From the human T2T-CHM13v2.0 reference genome, Homo sapiens: a stretch of DNA of 64,000 nucleotides. The notes beneath the pieces are model-generated. The model was not told where the DNA came from. It made no database searches and worked only from the letters and a program-made list of their open reading frames with translations. Within the stretch, counting starts at the first letter, position 1; every line of letters begins with the position of its first letter. Location: assembly GCF_009914755.1 (NCBI RefSeq), contig NC_060947.1, one strand, 5' to 3'. This document shows, one piece after another, positions 56,180 through 64,000 of this stretch. The position numbers were made by a program, and so were the translations under genes.

Positions 56180-58144
56180 TACTCTGTACAACACTGCTCT
56201 GGTGGATCCACACCATACATTTGTCCAAACCCATAGAACATACAACACCAAAAGTGAACCCTAATGTGAACTATGGTCTTCGGCTGATAATGTGTCAGTA
56301 TGGGCTCATCAGTTGTAACAAATGTAGCACCCTGGTGAGGGATGTTGATAGTGCGGGAGGCTATGCATGTGTGGAACCAGGGGAAATATGGAAAATCTCT
56401 GTATTTCCCCGCCCAATGTTGCTGTGAACCTGAAACTGTTCTTAAAAAAAAAAAGTTTATTGATTTTTTAAAAGTACAATGAAATATTCTGCAACCAGCA
56501 ATGTAGTTCAAGCTTATTCAGCTAGATATAAAATCAGAAGAACAAAACAAGTAGGAAACTGAGGGACAGAAGTGTTGCAGGTAATAACAGCACAACCAGC
56601 ATTGGAACCCTGGCAATGCGTCTCTGGAGTGTGCACACTGTGCACTATGCCACCCTGACTCTCAGTTGTTCATTACCATTATTACTATTATTTTGCAAAC
56701 AGGAACATTGAGGCTTAGAGTGATCAACAACTTGCCAAGTTCCCAGTTTCAATAAAAGACATCACGAGATCCCAGGTTTGAAGCACTGACCCCCAGTTCT
56801 TCCTCCACTCTTCTCACATTGCCTCTACACTCCCTCATGTCTCCCTCCTCACAGAATCTGGAAAGATCCAAATGTATTATCTTGTCAAGGAGTAAATTTT
56901 GTTCCAAGTACAACATTTCAATACTCAGATCCTTCCAGAAGCAAAACCGTCTCCTCTTCACTTTCAACCCGGCTTAATTGTCAAAATGAGAAGAGGATAT
57001 TCACTAATGCAAGCTGTCAGCCAATACGTGGTGGACTCAATCCGCTGGAGGACTCCAGCGTTTTCAGCATGTTTGTCTTTGGCACCCATGTGCCATAAGA
57101 TACAGAGGGTGAGTAGAACACAGACCGGAATGAAACCCATGTAGAAATGTAGCCGGCAAATGGCTGATAGAAGGAGATTTAAAAAAAAAAAAAAAAAAAA
57201 AAGGATGTCCACTGAGAGGCACTAGAAGAGATTTTTTAATTCTCTCAAAGCTTGCCCAGCTGAAAGGGATCTGCTTTGGTATAATTCCCTGACCCACTTT
57301 TTTTCCTAATAAGAGATAGATAGCCAAGATACCCAGATGTGAGGGATACTGTCTCTGTAGAAGGCTCTTATCTGATTAGACACTGCTTTCATTTTATAGC
57401 AATTCATATTTCCAAGGGCATCTCCTTCTTTGCTTCATTTTACATCCCAACTTCTATTTCCTTCCACAAAACCCAAGGCACTATATCTTCCAGTTAATGC
57501 CACAGTGCACCAGAATGCACGATTATGTGCAGTCTAATTTCCTTTAGGTCATGTTCACATTCAATTATTTTATGCATATTGAGAGTAACTCAATATGTAT
57601 AATCTTTCCTTTGAATTTTTAAGCTGAGAGTTCAGTCTGCTCTAAGATAAATTAGACATTATTCCTAAGCCTTAGTGTGCTCTAGTGAACTACTCTAAGG
57701 CCTTGGGGTTTCAAACAAATGTCTTTCTTTTTCTCCTTTCAGAAAACTAAGCTGGGTCTCAAAGTATGTCCCTTGCTATTGTGATTTCTTATTATTTCCT
57801 TTCATCCCTAGAAGAAATCTCTCAGTTCAGCATGATCCAGTGCCTCAGTCACAATAGGCTGAGTGATGTTTGCTTAAATAACAGCCCTTCCCAGATGGCT
57901 GATGGTAGCTTCAGGTCAAAACATAATGAAACTAAAGAGTGATCAGTGTTCAGAAATCACTGGAGTGTTGCTGGGTATGTAAGCATAATGAAATTCTATC
58001 AGATCCTCTGATTAATGGCAAATCTGAGAAGGAGAAGAAGTTGGAAAAGGCAAATTTTTTTGTTTGCTTGCTTTGGGAGCCAGAGGAAACAGTGGCTTCT
58101 GGCTGTTAAGGGTTGAAGGGTTTCAGAAAAGTAAAAAGGGGGCT

Positions 58145-58166
58145 GTGTGTGTGTGTGTGTGTGTGT
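58145..58166 (+). repeat. (TG)n microsatellite
   Basis: Seen directly. Confidence 0.9.
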
Positions 58167-58744
58167 TTGTACATAAATAATTATATGTCATGCACAACGA
58201 TCATAGTAAGTCTCCCATTTCCAAAAACCATTCCAGGGAAGAATGTCAAAAATAATCGAACTTACCACCTATTATCAAACCTATGGTAGGTTTTATTGTC
58301 TGGGAGGTTATAAGCATCTTAAAGAACTTGGCAAGAAATTTAAGCTTGAAGGTAAAATAGTACTTTCTTTTTAAATTTTATCCTGGTATATTTTTATCAA
58401 AGCCTTCAAATTACGAAATGTCAAAAATCCATTTACAATCTCTATTTTCACCCCATATGAAAATATTTTATATTATCCCATTAAATATATTTATACTTGG
58501 TATATACTAGAGCCAACTATAAGGAGTCCTACCAAAGAAAAGACACATTTATTCAGTTCTAAAATTAACATTTAAAAATAGGTAAGCCATGCAATAATGA
58601 TTCCCTATCTATATATGTTGTTCTACACTTTTCAAGGCATTTTCAAGTTTATGATCTCCTTTAAGCTTCATAATAACTCTACGGAGAGGAAAGGGCAGAT
58701 ACCATTTGCATCATTTTACAGTTGAGGAAACCAGAACTCAGACA

Positions 58745-59170
58745 GTATGGTGGAAGCTGGTCAGTTGTCCACCACACCGTGTCCCTTTTCCTTTTGGGTG
58801 CAAAGCAAGACTACATTTCCCAGGATCCCTTGCAGTTAGATTTGAACATGTGATGGGTCCTGTCCACTGGAATATGGGTAGAAGTGATGTATACCACTTC
58901 ATGGCCTGACCCACACAACCCTCCAGTATATAAGCCTCCCATTCCCTTTCCTCAGTGACTACCTGAATGAAGATGATTCTAAGGACTGCAAGGATAGCAA
59001 AGCTGCAAGATAAAAGAAGGCTGAGTCACAACTAAGAGGAGAGTTACCCAGAAAATCCACCCTGTCAGAAATATGCACTGAATTGTTACATGCGTGGGAA
59101 ATAAGCTTATGTTGTTTTAAATGATTGGAATATTGGGGTTATTACTGCACCAGTTATCATACATTAATAC
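58745..59170 (+). mobile_element. MLT1J-like LTR inserted into a MIR (~58620-59260)
   Basis: GACTACATTTCCCAGGATCCCTTGCAGTTAG...GAAATAAGC...TAATACA; the MIR core resumes at GAGAAGTTAAACTATTTACCCAG. Confidence 0.7.
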
Positions 59171-61689
59171 AGAGAAGTTAAACTATTTACCCAGTGTTAT
59201 ACAGCTACTTAATTTAGAAAAAAAAAGCCAGGATTAGAACTCTGTTTTTCTAGTGCGTAGTTTAATATTCTTTTGTTTACTAGCAAAAACCATATGTAAT
59301 GCACTGTGCTGTACACTATTGATAATCCAGTAACTGAAAGATTTGGAAGGATAGACAAGTCTTTGCATCTCTCAACTCTCTGATGATCTTCTCCTTCTGC
59401 TTTCTCCACGTGTTCTTCTAGTAGTTACTTCCTCAAGTATCCCAGCAACAAGCAAATACAATAACAGATAGCAGGCTTTACTGATCTAAAAAGAGGACTT
59501 ACATTTGAAAATTATCTCCCCTGAGTTCCCTTCCTTCCTGATAGTATAATCAAGAGTTAATAAAATATATATTCTCTTCTACTGAGATGGGCTCAAATCG
59601 ACTTCCTTTAGAAGGAACCTGATAAATGAAGCTGCCAGTACATGCAGAGAACAGGAAGTGACTGAAGTCTCGTTATATGTCACAGACAGATGCTGTCAAG
59701 AAGCCAGAGGCCAGAGGGCAAGAGCCAAGGCAAGCAGGGGTAGCGAATCTGCTAGGTGAGAGACACTAATGAGAGCAAGATTCCACCAGGCCAGAGACAG
59801 ACAGCAGCAGTTATTCAGGACCCTGGAGAGCTCTTAGCCCACGATTGCTAAGAATGTTTATTCTGAGAACGCCATCAGGTAGTTTGCCCTTTTTTCTGAA
59901 CTCCCTAGTTCATAAAAGGGGCTTGTCCTTTCTATGAATGCCTCGATTTCTATGAAACAAGAGATTCATTCTCATGCTTTCTGAGAAGTTCAGTGTCTAT
60001 GTCCAGTAGATAGGTGGAGGCTGTCTTATCTAGCTTTACTGAGGGTCACACCTCAGAAAATCTAGAAAAGTACATAACCAGAGGTCATCATTCTCTTTGA
60101 TTATCTATGTTCTAGGAGCTTTCTCCTTTCTAGGTTAGAGGCTGGTGCTTAGGTGAGTCTGGTTCCAAACACGTTACCAAGGAAAATTTTATTACTATGT
60201 CAACCATTTCATTAGCCCTTTGACCCTAACAGGAAGATTGCCAAAATTATAGATCTTTTTCTTTCTGAAAGTGTGTTCTCAAGCAAGGTAACAGATATTC
60301 CATGAAAATGGATTCTATAGTAAAATAAGTTTTGGAAAGCTTTGAATTAAATTGTTAAATATTTACAGTGCTTATATATATGTTTTCTTCCTCTATAAAG
60401 TACAATGTGATGAACATTTTCAAGTATATAAGTTTATTTTCCTCTTAGGATCTTGTTTCCTTTGTAGATATGTTCCTCCAAGTAGAATTACTGAGTTAAA
60501 GAACTAGAACAATGCTATATCACTATACAGGTATGGCCAAATCCAAGTAGGTTTGTATAATTTCACTTCCATCAGTAGTGCATGAAAACATCAATTTCAA
60601 TTTTAATTGTACTTGATTAGTAACTTGACTTATATTCTTTGATGACTAGTACCTAGAAAATTAGGTAGTAGTCGTGCTAGCACTACTTCTATAAAGTACC
60701 TTGAACTGTGTCTGGCCCCTAATAGATACTCAATAAATATTTGTTTAATGTCAGAATGAAAGGTTTAACACTTTCTCACATATTTGTCTATTTAGCACAG
60801 TTCCTCATTGGGAATTGTCTGTCTTTTTTCTTCTTTATTATCAGGGTAGTAATGTTTTTCTTTTTCATTTGGTTAAGACATTAAGCCTCTGTTTCTCATA
60901 TTTGTTGAAAATATTTCCCCTGTGTTGTTTAATTTCTTAGGTACACAATTTTAATTTTTATGTAATCAGATTTTTCAGTCATAATAATTGTGATGTTTTA
61001 TCACTTTAAAGATTATGAAACTTATGGCAAACTCCAGAGACCTCATAAAGTTCACTGTTTTTCCTTTTGAATTAATTTCTTATATATAATTTATTCATTT
61101 GGTATTGTAGTGTGAGATGTGGGTCTAAATAGATGTTTCTCTAAATTAGTAACAGATATCTCAATACAAGTTTCAAATATCATGAAAAGAAATAATATGA
61201 GATGAGATGGAATTATCTAACACTCTCCTGTGTGGTTTGCACCATCCTGCTCTCAAAAGGTTTATAATCTTGTTGTCAAAGGCCAGACTTTTGACTACAT
61301 CATTTATCTGTTTGAATATAGCAATCTAGTGCCCTTAAAATGTTTTAAAGTAGATGTTGAAATGTCACTTACACAATTCAAATATGCAGTAAAAATATAG
61401 TTTCTCTACTTCATAACCTGATATATTATTCTTCACAGACCCCAATAGCATTTATTTCTAAGCCCATGTGTCTTCTCTAGGCTACAGCTTGGATCTTGGG
61501 GAAGTGGGATTCATGTGAAATGGTGGTCTTGAATTTTCTGGTGCTGTGTCCCATGCTGGTCTTGAGGTCAGTGACTGCAGCTGGTGAACTTGTGATTTGT
61601 TTTTGTTTATTGGCTCAATATACTAGAAGAGTATTGGCCCTCTCCCTCTGGCAACTTCAATCTAATCTCTAGAAATCCCTCTGGGTCTC

Positions 61690-62285
61690 TTTTACAACCT
61701 CCTCCTCAACCCCTGGGAGCAGAGTTTACCCTCACCCTCTGCTCCAGATGACTGCACCCTGTCACAGGCAGCCTCATGGGCAGCTTCCTGGCTCCAACAT
61801 ATGGTCCACGTTGCACGAGAACTAAGGTTGACTCAAGAGTGCTAATCAGGCCCCCACTGCAGAGGACACTATTGGTGCTCCACAGTGATCCCCTTTACCA
61901 ATCAATCACCCATTCCTCAAGCCGTTGCATGTTGATTACTAAGAGATTACCCTTCTTTGCAGAACTTCCCCCAGCTGAATGAGAACCCCTGCTGCCCAGG
62001 AAGCTATACCTACCTCTGCCTTTGGGGCACAACCCATACTAAATGCCACGGAGATATAAAATTCTGGCGTCCTTGCTTCAAGGGGAACCAACTCTGTGGT
62101 GCAGTTTATGCTACAGAACTCCTTGTGGAATCAGGCTGAAACTAAGAACACATCCTTACTTAGCACCTTCCCCTGCTCTGTTCCTCTTATCTCCCTCCCT
62201 TTCTTCTGGAAGCATTCATCCAATAAACAGCATCCAAGGAATCCCTATCTCCAGCTCTGCTTCTGGAGAGCATGACCTAAGCTGC
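61690..62285 (+). mobile_element. ERVL-type LTR (family uncertain)
   Basis: CAATAAAC...AATCCCTATCTCCAGCTCTGCTTCTGGAG...GACCTAAG 3' end typical of ERVL LTRs. Confidence 0.55.
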
Positions 62286-62339
62286 TCACTGTGTCTGATG
62301 ATGCCTCTCTTTGCTAGGCTGAGTCATCCCATTGTCTCA

Positions 62340-63720
<1,381 letters not shown>

Positions 63721-64000
63721 CTTTTCTATACCTGTCTTTTGGTATGCTGTGTGCACATTTCTTTTGGCTGCTATATATGGGAGTGAAATTGCTAGATCAC
63801 GGGGTATTGAAGTTGGTTTTAAAGAAAAGAGTATGAGTTTAGCTTCAGGTGTATTGAGTCAAAATTTCGGGGGGACATCTAGAAAGAATATTCAGCAGGC
63901 AATTAAAAATGTGGGCCTGGAGTCTGTGTAGAAGCCAGAAACATGGACTTGAGAGTCATCAACATAAGGCTTATATCTGAAGCCATCGGAATGGAATGTT

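Larger units (their letters stand above)
51143..56470 (+). mobile_element. Old L1MC-like element (ORF1 end, ORF2, 3'UTR) with nested insertions
   Basis: ORF fragments ITILNVCAPNN, SSHGTWTKIDH...PSDHNGIKLEI, KGPDGFICEFYQ...RPISLINIDAKIL. Confidence 0.88.

Overview
Hominoid (probably human) genomic DNA, densely filled with repeats, with no recognisable cellular protein-coding exon. The main feature is a full-length L1PA2-type LINE-1 (16913-23575, + strand, 17-bp TSD). Its ORF2 is open for all 1275 aa but has endonuclease active-site substitutions (Y115H, N147S). Its ORF1 has two nonsense codons, and its antisense ORF0 (71 aa) is intact. A second, 5'-truncated young L1 sits inside its 5'UTR (17550-18138, 13-bp TSD), so promoter + L1 3' end + poly(A) form a ~1.2 kb mini-unit upstream of ORF1. 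This element, a truncated U2 snRNA retrocopy and a third L1PA 3' fragment all lie within one old L1M. Other points: a MER41B LTR with both STAT1 GAS motifs intact and a (GAA)25 tract at an insertion junction, a small CpG-rich non-repeat patch, a templated-insertion scar at 48.5 kb, and two Alus inserted at the same nick. Repeat family names come from recalled consensus sequences, not a database search; boundaries of old repeats are approximate.
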